The translations under genes were made by a program, and so were the position numbers. Shown here in pieces: positions 13,731 through 24,610 of a stretch of DNA of 64,000 nt; the first letter of the stretch is position 1, and every line of letters starts with the position of its first letter. Under the pieces are notes generated by a model, which made no database searches, was not told where the DNA came from, and saw only the letters and a program-made list of their open reading frames with translations. This DNA is from Octopus vulgaris. Taxonomy: Eukaryota. The stretch is taken from the NCBI GenBank assembly GCA_951406725.2, contig OX597814.1, positions 135,036,001 to 135,100,000 on the forward strand, written 5' to 3'.

Positions 13731-14057
13731 ACAGCTAAAATTAAATAGATTTCACAAGTAACAGAATATTCTCATTGATTGAAAACAAAGTTTAAATCAT
13801 AATATACATGAGATATATATATGAAAGAATCTAAAGCACGAAAATTTCTTATGTCATTTAACATATGCTTTCCACACACACACACACACATGAATAATAT
13901 AAGATATGGATTCAGAGAATTGTGCAGCTATCACAGAAAGCTCTTGTTATGGACTCAGCTATCAGTCTACATAGCAATCAATTACAAAGAAATATAATGC
14001 AGAGCGTCTATGTAACTGAAAATTCAGATCTGGTTGATGAAATTATTTCATGAAGAG

Positions 14058-15775
14058 AATATAAAGTTATAAAGTCAGGAGATATGAGAGGTGAATATAT
14101 ATATTTATTTAACCATGTGACTTCCAAAGGGTTATGGCTGTTTCACGACCTTTGTTATGTAGTATTAATTTAAACATGGAAGAAATTAGTGTACATGTTT
14201 GCATTAATAAGTATGCTTAGCATTATATAATACAATTGCACATTTATAAATTATTGCAAATAAAAAGAACTAGCTCATTGGATCACTGGAACATCATGTT
14301 TACACTAACAATTCAACTCTAAATATATACACAAAAATTTCCTCTTTATATATACAATGGAAGGCTGAAACTAGACAAAGTTTAATTTGGTCAGTAAAAG
14401 TAAAGATATATCCTTTCATATCAAGTAAGTTAAAGCACTAGATGAAAATTTAAGGAACTGACTATTGCTTAATGTAAACAAAAAAGAAAATAAGACGAAG
14501 TAAAAATAAATAACATAAAAAAGTATATAAAAAAACTAATAATATAAATGAATTTTTAGTTCAATTATGTAGATGAGTAAAACAGCTGGAAATTTAAAGA
14601 TTCTACAGAAATCATGGATGAATGGCAGGTCAAGTAAAACCAAGAAATGGTATTCAACAAAAATAAATTTCAATACAGGGTTAACAAAGTCACAAAACCT
14701 CACAGAAGGCATTTGAACCTTCATGAATTTTACATATTCCAACTACACCTCAAACATACTTTCCAGCACAGTGAACTGGAGTAAAACAAAAACTATACAC
14801 ATACACACATAAATATACATAGAAAACACACACAGATTGATCCATTTATATATATTTATCTTCCTTTTTCTAATTCTTTTTTATCTCCCCTTCCGTTTTT
14901 TTCTCTATCTCATCCTTTCTCTAATTCTTTTCCTCTCCCCTTCGCTGTTCTCTGTCTATCCCTCTCACTCTTCTGCCTTTGTTCTCTTGTTGCTCACACG
15001 TAACCATTGGTCATCTTTCTTTTCCTAACTTGAATTTCTTTCTTTCTGATCAGCTGCAGGGATAAGATGCATTCTTGTTTGTCTCCAGTCAGAGCTTGTT
15101 CCTCCTCGTTCATCAACTCACTTTGTTCTGGCTTAACAGCCCTTCCTGTTTGTTTTCACTGTCCTGTTTTTGTTACCAACTTTGACCCTCCACAAAATCC
15201 CAAATTATATTTAATTTGCTTTGCAAGAGCAACTGTTTTATCGAAAACGTATCTTGTTGTGAATTGCTTGAAATAGGAAGTAGAAAAACAGCTGACAACT
15301 GGTGAAGGGCCATTTTTTTATGCCGCTTTTCTTGTTTTCCATTTGTTTCTTCCGTTGTTCACAAAAAGGTTCATATTCCATGTTTTCATATTTCATGTTG
15401 TTTATGTTCTGTGGTGTCCTGTGCCCATATATGCATCTGTATATACACATGTATGTATATATGCATAGTTATTTATATTATATATATATATGAAAAAATT
15501 TTGTGTATATTTAGAGTTGAATAGTTGGGTGGTGCAACCATGATTCCAGCGATCTGATGAGCTAGCTTTCTTTATTTGCAAAAATTTGTGAATATACAAT
15601 TGTATTGTATAATGTTGGACATACATACTAAAGCAAACATGTATGCATATTTCCTTTCACACTGAAATCAATACATGAAGAAGGTTGTGAAACAACCATA
15701 AGCCAATGGAAATCACATGGTTAAATAAATATATATTCACCTTTCACATCTCCTGAACTTATGGTTTTATATATG
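14058..15775. repeat. Inverted repeat pair, arms of about 290 bp (14058-14345 and 15490-15775)
   Basis: aggtgaatatatat...ttaaccatgtga, tacatgtttgc, aatacaattg, ttgcaaataaa, ctagctcat and ttcaactctaaatata occur in reverse-complement order in the second arm. Confidence 0.8.
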
Positions 15776-16235
15776 AATATATATAAGATCTCATTCATAT
15801 ATCCTATTATGGTATGATGAAATACATTTTAAGGTTTGTGTATTTATTCATAATATAATAATTGTACAGTGATCTTAAATCTGATATATGAAAATACATT
15901 TCTCAATTACTTACAATGTTAAATAAGTCAATATTATTTCTTCCCCTTCTGGAAATGTTTTAAGTAGAATATAGATTATTTTGAAAAATGCTTTAAATAA
16001 AAATATCACAATGATAAGCGATGAATGTAATTGACATAAAAATGTAGTTATGGAAAGTTGTTATTACACTGTTAAATGTTTTTCCTTTTGTATTTACATT
16101 TACGGTTATGTAAAAAATATTTTTTCAAGGGACGATTTTCAACAGTGGTATTCTCCTGTTTTCATACATATATGTATAGTTAGGGGATTTCTTTTTCTAA
16201 GAAAATGACTTGCCACAGATATCAGTCACATGCCT

Positions 16236-17270
16236 TCAATCAGTATGAATAGATTTATGTGTAGTCAAACAACTTTTTTGCTTGAATGATTTACCACAAA
16301 TATCACAGTGATATGGTTTCTCCTCTATATGAATATACTTGTGTCTAGTTAAGTTGCCAATCTGAGAGAAAGAAATACCACAAATATCACAGATATATGG
16401 TTTGTCTCCTGTATGAATGCGTTTATGGTTGATCAAGGTACTTCTATGAGAGAATAATTTACCACAGATATCACAGTGATATGGCTTCTCTCTTGTATGA
16501 TTGCGTTTGTGTATAGTTAATTCACTTATTTGTGGGAATGATTTACCACAGATATCACAGTGATATGGTTTCTCACCTGTATGAATGCGTATGTGAGTAG
16601 TTAGGTGACTAGTTACAGCAAAGGATTTACCACAGATATTGCAGTGATATCTCTGTTCTCCTGTATGAATATATTTGTGTCTAGTTAATCTATATCTTTC
16701 AGAGAATAATTTACCACAGATATCACAGTGATATGGCTTCTCTCCTGTATGTGTGTATTTGTGTGTAGTTAAGTGACTTCTTTGATAGAATGATTTACCA
16801 CAGATATCACACTGATAGGGCCTCTCTCCAGTATGAATATATTTATGAGTAGTTAAGCTATTTCGAGAGAGTGATTTACCACAGATATCACAGTGATATG
16901 GCTTCTCTCCTGTGTGAATATATTTGTGATTAGTTAAGTGGCTTTTTTGAGAGAATGATTTACCACAGATATCACAGTGATAGGGCCTCTCCCCAGTATG
17001 AATGCGTCTATGTCTAGTTAACACACCACTTTCAGAGAAAGATTCACCACAGATATCACAGTGATATGGTTTCTCTCCTGTATGAATACGTTTATGCTTA
17101 GTTAAGTCACCATTTGCACAGAATGTTTTACCACAAATATCACAGTGGTACGATGGCTTTCTAATCTCTTTCAGTACTTCATCATGAAAACCAATCCTTT
17201 TACAGTTAACACTGACATCACATAATTCGTTTTCCATAATGTTTCCTCTCTCATCACATTTAATAGACAT
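16236..17270 (-). CDS. Tandem C2H2 zinc-finger protein, 11 fingers, cephalopod-expansion type
   Basis: Intact ORF with 11 YxCxICG...HxxxH repeats, mostly joined by TGEKP/TGERP linkers. First in-frame ATG at 17270 (MSIKCDERGNIMENEL...), alternative ATG at 17237; the track's start at 17372 is TTG. No KRAB, BTB or SCAN domain visible. Confidence 0.93.
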   Translation of the reverse strand: MSIKCDERGNIMENELCDVSVNCKRIGFHDEVLKEIRKPSYHCDICGKTFCANGDLTKHKRIHTGEKPYHCDICGESFSESGVLTRHRRIHTGERPYHCDICGKSFSQKSHLTNHKYIHTGEKPYHCDICGKSLSRNSLTTHKYIHTGERPYQCDICGKSFYQRSHLTTHKYTHTGEKPYHCDICGKLFSERYRLTRHKYIHTGEQRYHCNICGKSFAVTSHLTTHIRIHTGEKPYHCDICGKSFPQISELTIHKRNHTREKPYHCDICGKLFSHRSTLINHKRIHTGDKPYICDICGISFSQIGNLTRHKYIHIEEKPYHCDICGKSFKQKSCLTTHKSIHTD

Positions 17271-17607
17271 TTTTTTTTTGCTTTGTATTTTATTCCTAAT
17301 AAATATTTCTTCTACATTTCTATGAATTGTTATCTTTTCTAATATCTGAAGAGGTTGCAAACTCTTTTGCAAATTTGTTCAAGATTAATTAGAAAGCAAA
17401 ATCAGCTTGTACACATTTCAGACAATGAAATACTGAAATTTTGCTATTAGCTTTTCTGAAAATATTTCACAGTAATTCTACCATAGATTTATATGAATAA
17501 AGTTATATCCGTTCTTTATAAAAGTTTCCTTAGTCTTTAAAAGATGATAAATATTGTTGAAGTATCTGAATTAAAACAGTTCTTTACTGCAAATGTCTTC
17601 TGATAAT
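17271..17607 (-). other. 5' UTR part of the zinc-finger coding exon
   Basis: Strong acceptor tcttttatttcag with AG at 17608-17609; contains short upstream ORFs (MVELL*, MCTS*). Confidence 0.6.
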
Positions 17608-18065
17608 CTGAAATAAAAGAGAAAATGTATAACATTTAAAGGATGCTTAAAAAGTAGAGAAGCAATAAAATCTTTATTGTATTTCTATATTGATAAACCT
17701 TAGGTTAAAACTTATCTGAATAAGCAAATATTATTTAATTTGTATTAAAATTCATTATTACAATCTTATTCAGATAGTGTAAAAATTATAGGCTAAATAA
17801 CAAAACAGTAGAAGCTAAAACTATTCTCTCTCAGAAATGGGGAAATTTGGAACCTGGGTTCTAATTCCTAAGGTATTTTTCAATGTTTCAGTCACATTGA
17901 ATCCTGTCAAAGTGTTCAACCATTGTCAGCGTGAAAACGATGTTAACTGATAATGATGATATATGTGTATATAATGTATTGAATATATAACTGTTCTAAT
18001 TTTATCTCTTTTATCAATGATATTTCACATTTCTGTATACCCTTGAGGGATTTTTATCAACAGTA

Positions 18066-18462
18066 GGAGTGGCTGTGTGGTAAGTAGCTTGCTTACAAAC
18101 CATATGGTTCCGGGTTCAGTCCCACTGCATGGCACCTTGGGCAAGTGTCTTCTACTATAGCCTCGGGCCGACCAAAGCCTTGTGAGTGGATTTGGTAGAC
18201 GGAAACTGAAAGAAGCCCATCGTATATATGTTTATATATATATATGCATGTGTGTATATGTTTGTGTGTCTGTGTTTGTCCCCCCAACATCGCTTGACAA
18301 CCGATGCTAGTGTGTTTACGTCCCTGTAACTTAGTGGTTCGGCAAAAGAGACCGATAGAATAAGTACTAGGCTTACAAAGAATAAGTCCTGGGGTCGATT
18401 TGGTCGACTAAAGGTGGTGCTCCAGCATGGCCACAGTCAAATGACTGAAACAAGTAAAAGAG
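18066..18462 (+). mobile_element. tRNA-derived CORE-like octopus SINE with its linked 3' module; best-preserved copy in the window
   Basis: A box tggctgtgtggt, B box ggttcagtccc, CORE-like accttgggcaagtg, internal microsatellite, tail atgactgaaacaagtaaaag; related copies near 7234, 23100 (minus), 29324, 34042, 48960, 52480 and 57570. Confidence 0.85.
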
Positions 18463-18565
18463 TAACAGTAAACTTCTCAAGTCCTTCAATATTTCGAGAC
18501 TTTCATAGTGCCATCATCAGAGTGAAGTAATGTTTGCATGTTATTATTTTCATTTATTTATTTAT

Positions 18566-18900
18566 TTTGCAAAAAACCCACGTTTTCGGATAAGGAGATT
18601 CCAGAAAATTGCCAAAAATCAGACTTTTGAAATTTTTTGCCCCCCTCCGCAGCCCATTCTTCCTTTCCCATTTTTTTCCATAAACCTAACCCTAAAACCC
18701 TAACCAGAAATTTTTTTAGAAATTCTATAATCTCCGTATTTTTCTGCATATTTTGAAAAATAAAAAAAATTCTGAAAAAAGTTTAAAATGAAGAATTTAG
18801 GGGTGGGGTGGGGGATTTAAAATGCCGATTTTTGCCAATTTTCTTTTGCAAATTCGTATTCTCCGTGGCCGAAAACGGTGGGGTTTGTGTACGAAAAACA
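18566..18900. mobile_element. Foldback element with internal CCCTAA motifs in the first intron of the zinc-finger gene
   Basis: Left arm aaacccacgttttcggataaggaga...aaaattgccaaaaatc is inverted in the right arm; core cctaaccctaaaaccctaacc. Confidence 0.55.
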
Positions 18901-18929
18901 TTTTTTTAAGGGGTGTTTTGTGGGAGGTA

Positions 18930-19810
18930 CAAAAGGATGTCTTGCCGCGAAGAAGTACCAGTTATTTTTATAAGTTCCTTCATCGACCGTTCCTTTTGTA
19001 AAGCTAAAACTTCCTCGTAATCATGCATGCGAAATGTTAAATAGCTGTATTATGGTGCGAGAAACGCTGTTGTGAGTAACACCTGGTCCGTTTTAAGAAT
19101 ATCCAGGTAGAAATATACAAGAGCGCGAAAGACAAGACGTTCGTTCACAGAAACTATCTTGGCATTGGATTTCTATGCAATTAGATATCTTAATTTAGAG
19201 AGTGGATTAAAATAAATATGTTGATTTTTCTTGGAGGTTAATCTTTACAGCTATTTAATCATCTCAGACAATACGGTAAAAGAATAATGTGAAGTTGATG
19301 CGGATTTATTACCGATTTTTCACTCACTCAATCTGAGATTTATTTAATATTGCATTTAATAGTCAAGCGTGAGTTTTCAAAAATACAATCAATATATGAG
19401 TTCAGAAACATTAGAAGTCAGAATATCAAATGATAAAAATATTGTATCCGTGAATGAGGGGAGGAGAAATGCATAATTCTATCATTTACGCCATTATAAA
19501 AGCTTTAAAGCTTTAAAACAAATCTGGCAACTTACCGTTCTCAGATGTAAACAATGATTGTGCCTTTTTAATGAAGGACTGGCAAAGAAAGAATTGATCG
19601 AGTTGTTAGATTTTGAGTTTCGAAGGCTTTAACAACTTAATTCTTTGACATGAACATTCGTGTACCTGCTCTAGTACTAGTTCCCTTGGTAGCTGCGTAA
19701 TAATTTTTTTTCTAACGACGTTTAGTTATTTTGCTTAGGAGATTTCTCTGGGTGCGACCGACTTTCAGTATTAATTGTAGCTATTAGACATAAAGGGACG
19801 TAACTTGTCG
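18930..19810 (-). promoter_or_regulatory. CpG-retaining promoter and first non-coding exon region of the zinc-finger gene
   Basis: CpG density clearly higher than the CpG-depleted background; minus-strand donor AACG|gtaagt with GT at 19535-19534 could splice to the acceptor at 17608. Confidence 0.5.
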
Positions 19811-19817
19811 CTCTAAC

Positions 19818-20060
19818 AACCAAGGAAGGCGGTTATGTTTTTATCGGTGTTGGTTTGTCCGTCTGTGTGCAAAATAACTCAAAAAGTTTAGAACGGTATT
19901 TAGTGAAACTTGCAGGAAAAGTTGGTAATGACACAAGGAATAGATGATAAAATATTGGTAGTGATCCGAGAATTCTTGAAGGATTTTTCATTTGTTATAT
20001 TTACTTTACATGGTTACATTCTTTGATTATCTCCCTTGAAAATACGTTCATAGTTTCCAC
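19818..20060 (+). mobile_element. HINE/DINE-like (Helentron-associated) non-autonomous element, 5' part
   Basis: ccaaggaaggcggttatgttttt...tttgtccgtctgtg...aaaataactcaaaaagt...gaaacttg...gatccg layout matches recalled HINE-type elements; not database-checked. Confidence 0.5.
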
Positions 20061-20450
20061 GTAACCTAGGGTGACGTTGCTGATTCCAAAGTTTGTTTTC
20101 GTTTCTCTATTAGTAATTTTACTCGCGTAAAATGACGTGTATTCAGCTGAATACAATTACTGCCGTTGTTTGTCAACAACAACTCTCGGCGGTGTATTTT
20201 TCATTTGTCACTGTTTTCATTTGTCACTGTTCGTGCGTTTGTACTGGTTTTAGCTTTAATGTTTTAGGGTTAGGGTTTTCTTCTTTTTTTTTTTTCAAGA
20301 TGGAGAGTTATGGTTCTTTGACTATTTAATATCATTCCGTTTCAGTAAGGTAGCATTTTACAATTGTCATGCTGAAGTGACTTAGTTACCTTTCACATGA
20401 AATTAGTGTGAAAAAAACTGGTAATCCATCTACTTGAGCCAACTCTATAA

Positions 20451-21005
20451 ATAATAATAATAATGAAATTATTGTATACAGTGCTCAGGTGCACCACAAC
20501 TTGTCAGAAAGTGCATATAATGTACATGCAGTAATGTAGAAATGTCTGGAAAGTGAACATGCTTGTGTGTGTATGGAGGGAAGAAAATCAAGTGTAGTGT
20601 TGGCGAATCTCAGGAAGCATGGAAGTCTTGAAGGATGCAGTGCTCTGACAACTAACAACCGATGCCGGCAGTTTGTTCCACGCTTCAGCAACTCTCAGCG
20701 TGAAAAAATGTTTCCTGAAGTCATGGGAGCTGTGCTGTTTTCTTACTTTGTAAATATGTCCACGGGTGTTAGATGGGTGGAGTTTGAAGAGGTGGTCAGT
20801 GTTATTGTTTGTGCGATGGTCGATAATTTTATGGGTGTCTGCCAGGTCAGCTGCCAGACGTCGGAGTTTCAATGTGTCCATGCCCAGGGAAGTAAGGCGT
20901 TCAGGATATGGCAAATGCCTGATGGAGGGTATTCTTTTGGTTGCACGTCGCTGAACAGCTTCCAGACGATTGATGTCATGGGCAAGATAGGGGTTCCAGA
21001 CCGGT
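20451..21005 (-). mobile_element. 5'-truncated CR1-group LINE 3' end
   Basis: PYPERLTSLGMDTLKLRRLAADL...TRGHIYKVRKQ...RKHFFTLRVAEAWNKLP, typical of CR1 ORF2 C-termini; (ATT)n tail at about 20451-20464. Confidence 0.85.
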
Positions 21006-22125
21006 GTTATATTCCATTCATCTTGAGCGTCAAACTAATACACCTGTTTGTCATTCCCTTACCTGTCTTCGTCTTTTGTTTTCTGTAAATTTGAGCTTTA
21101 TAGTTATGGTAGTTGATTTCATTTTCATGTTTGATCATATGTGATTCACCCATCTACCAATTTTCTAGCAAGGGTTAACTGCTCATGTGATAATTCTAGA
21201 AAATTCCTGCTACAACGGCTTTATAAGAAACCGTTTTGGGGCTTTTAATCAAGAGTTCAACTTCCCTTGCTTCAGTCATGATAATTCTAGGCTTAAACTG
21301 TTTTTAAGGCTTCATATTCAAACCAGATCAATTCCTCCTAATAGCTACTTTCACAGCTAATTGCCAACTTGGAGATGATGAAAAAAATCAGCATCATACA
21401 TTTTTACAGCAATGTGCCAATCAGTTTAACCGTTAAGATTTCAACTCCTGTCCACATGTTCTTATAATTTAACTCTGTTTTTCATGAAGCCCTGTACAAT
21501 TGTAGCAATAAATATGTATATAATTTCCTACCAAGTCTTGTCATAACTACTCGCTACACAGTTATTTTAGAAAATGTATATTATTTACTATTACTGATGA
21601 CATGTTTAACTGTTGGACTTTTCTTGTCTCTATTTACTAATAATGTCTAATCTCAGTTGGGTATAAGAACAATAATTAGTCATAAAGATGTTCTAAGATT
21701 ATGTATATATCTCTAGACAACACCATTTTTTGTGCCTGGCCTTGGAGTGTTAACATGTCTCAAGAATTTCCAAGTGACATTAGATTTTCCAAAATGAGAC
21801 ACTTGACCATATCATTCTTACAATATTTTCTTAAACCATAACTAAAATTATCATTTGAAGGGCTACTTTTCAATGCTGGTATATGTTGGACAAGACACTG
21901 TGGTAGTATCCCATGACTGGATACCTTTTCCTATTTCCAACCCTCTTTTTTATTTTTTTATTTCAAGTACTATTTTTATTCCAGGTTGAACCATTAAGCT
22001 GTGGGAAATGTAAACAATTCTCATTGTTACCCACCTCCTGGGGTCATTGTGAAAATATGAACACACATATACAACTTCTGCAAGCACACAAAAGTTGACA
22101 TTAAAATGATATACGTATATACATA

Positions 22126-22925
22126 CATAGTGTTTGGGCTGAATTTGCATAAAAGGAAAAAGAAACAACATCCCATCTAAAAATTAAAAAGATAGCATCT
22201 AGATTATGACTGGGAGATAATAGTTGACTCAAAGTAGCCACACTCAGCTTCCATCATAGCCTCAACATTGATCTGAAACTTTGCACATGCATTCCTCACT
22301 GTGTCCCTGGGAAGATCTTTGACCTTAACCACCAGCTTGGTGTTGCAGGAAGAGCAGCTGGCATCTTTCTTAATCATGCTTCACATACAGTAATCCATGG
22401 GATTACAATTGGAAGAATTAGGAGGCTAGAAATTGGGGATGGTGAAGATGTAGAAATTCTCCAACAACCACTTCTGGCTTTTTGTGGAGGTATGGCAAAG
22501 AGCTGAATCCTACTATCACACATATGGCCTTCCAACAGCAACTCTCCCCAGCTAGGGTTTGACCAGAATCTCCACATAACCATCTGGATTGGGTCTAAGG
22601 CCCTGTTTAAAGATGTGGGGTGGCATGATGTCACCCTCACTAGAGACACATCTAAAGATCATCACAGTATAGGGGAACTTGGTTTTCACAATGTTGATGT
22701 CTTATAGCCTTTACAGTATTCACAGAGCATTGAGCAGCAATCATGATGGTTAGCATTTTGATACCCGACACAATATTCAGATGGCTTCCAGTCCTCCATA
22801 TCAGCTAACTTTTTCTAAACTACAACTCTAATATGCTCTCTGATGCTGTTGACTGTCCACCAATACAAGCTGTTCCTGAAAAAAGAAGGCATAAAAAAAT
22901 CGTCAAATTTAGCCTGAACACCCAG
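22126..22925 (-). mobile_element. Decayed, internally deleted DD37D (maT) transposon
   Basis: Inverted termini catagtgtttgggctgaatttg / caaatttagcctgaacacccag flanked by TA; remnant RPYV***DSALCHTS...PPNSSNCNPMDY with 37 residues between the Asp residues. Confidence 0.75.
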
Positions 22926-24610
22926 TATAAACTACAAGCACCACCATGTACATAAGTAGGAGTCATACCCCTTAGAGATCTGTAATTATACATGTGGATC
23001 AGCAGCAAGCCTTAAAAGCCACCTTCAAGCCCATGACAAGAAGACTCTACAATGGTAAATAGAAAAATGATGGAAGTTCAAGATGTAATACTTGGTGATG
23101 ATGGGCTTCCATATAGTTTCCTATAATTACCAAATTTCACTCACAGGGCACTGGTCAGCCCAAGGTTGTAGAAGAAACTTACCCAAGGTGCCATGTAATG
23201 AAATTACATTTGAAACCACGTAGTTGTGAAGCAAATTTTGTAACCACACAGTCACAACTGGATCTTGTTTAAAATACTAGTTTTGGCTGTCTAAAGATCA
23301 GGTGACAAACCTTGGTAAGATATTTTAAAAAAATGTTCTTGTTATTCTCTGAGAATAAACTGGTGACATAATATAATAAAGTATATATTTTAATTCTTTA
23401 CTGCACTCTAAAATATGGTGGGTAATTTAGATAAATATTTCCCCAAACATCCCTTATTAGATGTATGTTTTATCATCATTTAGCATGTTTTCTATGCTGG
23501 CATTGATTAGATGGTTTGACTGGAATTGGTAAGCTGGAGAGTTGTACCAGGTTCCAGTCTGGTTTGGCTTGGTTTCTATGGCTGGATGCTCTCCCTAAGG
23601 CCTACCACTCCAAGAGTGTTGTGGGTACCTTTTACATGTCAATGGTAGCGGCCATGACTACGATTTCACTTGGCTTGACATGTCTTCTCAAGCACAGCAA
23701 AAGTCCAAAAAACATGATCACTTGTCATAGCCTCCATGAGACCCAACATCTGAAGATCATGCTTTACCACCTCCTCCTATGTCTTCCTTAGTCTACCTCT
23801 TCCACAGGTTCCCTCCATAGTTAGAGACCGACACATTCCCTCCACAGAGATTGACACAAATGTTTGTTTGAAATAAGTTACTGTTGTTGATAATGTTAGT
23901 TATGGAATACACTGTGTATGTTTCTGGTTTGCAACATCCAACAAAAAGTTTGATATTAATAGATAACTTTTCTACAATCCTTCAAGTTAGCTTTAGTGGT
24001 GCTACTCTTGGAATCAATTCAAAAGGAAAATATTTCAGGTTTTAAATACATAGGGAAGTGGGTATGTCTTTGCTTATACCATGTTGGTATTTGATGCTGT
24101 CAAACCTACTACTACCTATTCCTCTCATAATAGAAATAGGTAGGAGCATAATATTGTGTACCTCCAACAAGTTAAATATGTCTCATAATTAGTTGGAACC
24201 ATTCTTCATACTCTCATTTCTTACCCATAGGCTGTTTCAAGTTTCAGAGCTGTTATAGATAAAACTAATCATGCCACTAACTGTGGTAGTGACTGTATCA
24301 ATGCTATTTTGAACAATACACAGTAAGTCTTTAACTTTTCAATCCAATGTATCAGGTTTGATTAAAATGTTTGCAGCTGTGACTTACAATGAGGTTCCAT
24401 GTCTTGGCTATTTGGATTGTATTGTCTGAAATTAATACTCATCTTCAATTTTAAATATTTACATAAATTGCTGACAAAAAATACATTTCACAAAATGAAA
24501 ATAAGACAATACCAGTTATGAAAATTGAAGCATTTTGATAAGTTTTTATCTCAATAGTATTTATATCTTTTATACATGTAAAATGTTTATAAATTTATGA
24601 CAGTTTCGCT

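Noticed and set aside
17271-17372. N-terminal extension of the zinc-finger ORF in the track (MQKSLQ...)
   Set aside because: It starts at TTG, a bacterial-style start; the first ATG is at 17270.
18066-18140. tRNA-like A and B boxes
   Set aside because: SINE heads without a cloverleaf; no true tRNA or rRNA gene was found in the window.
18483-18527. Minus-strand CTGATGA...GAAA resembling a minimal Penelope-type hammerhead ribozyme
   Set aside because: Stem II is only partly paired and stem I (cttc/gaag) is out of register by 3 nt; at best a decayed remnant.
20567-21088. 173-aa plus-strand ORF
   Set aside because: Antisense shadow of the CR1 LINE fragment.
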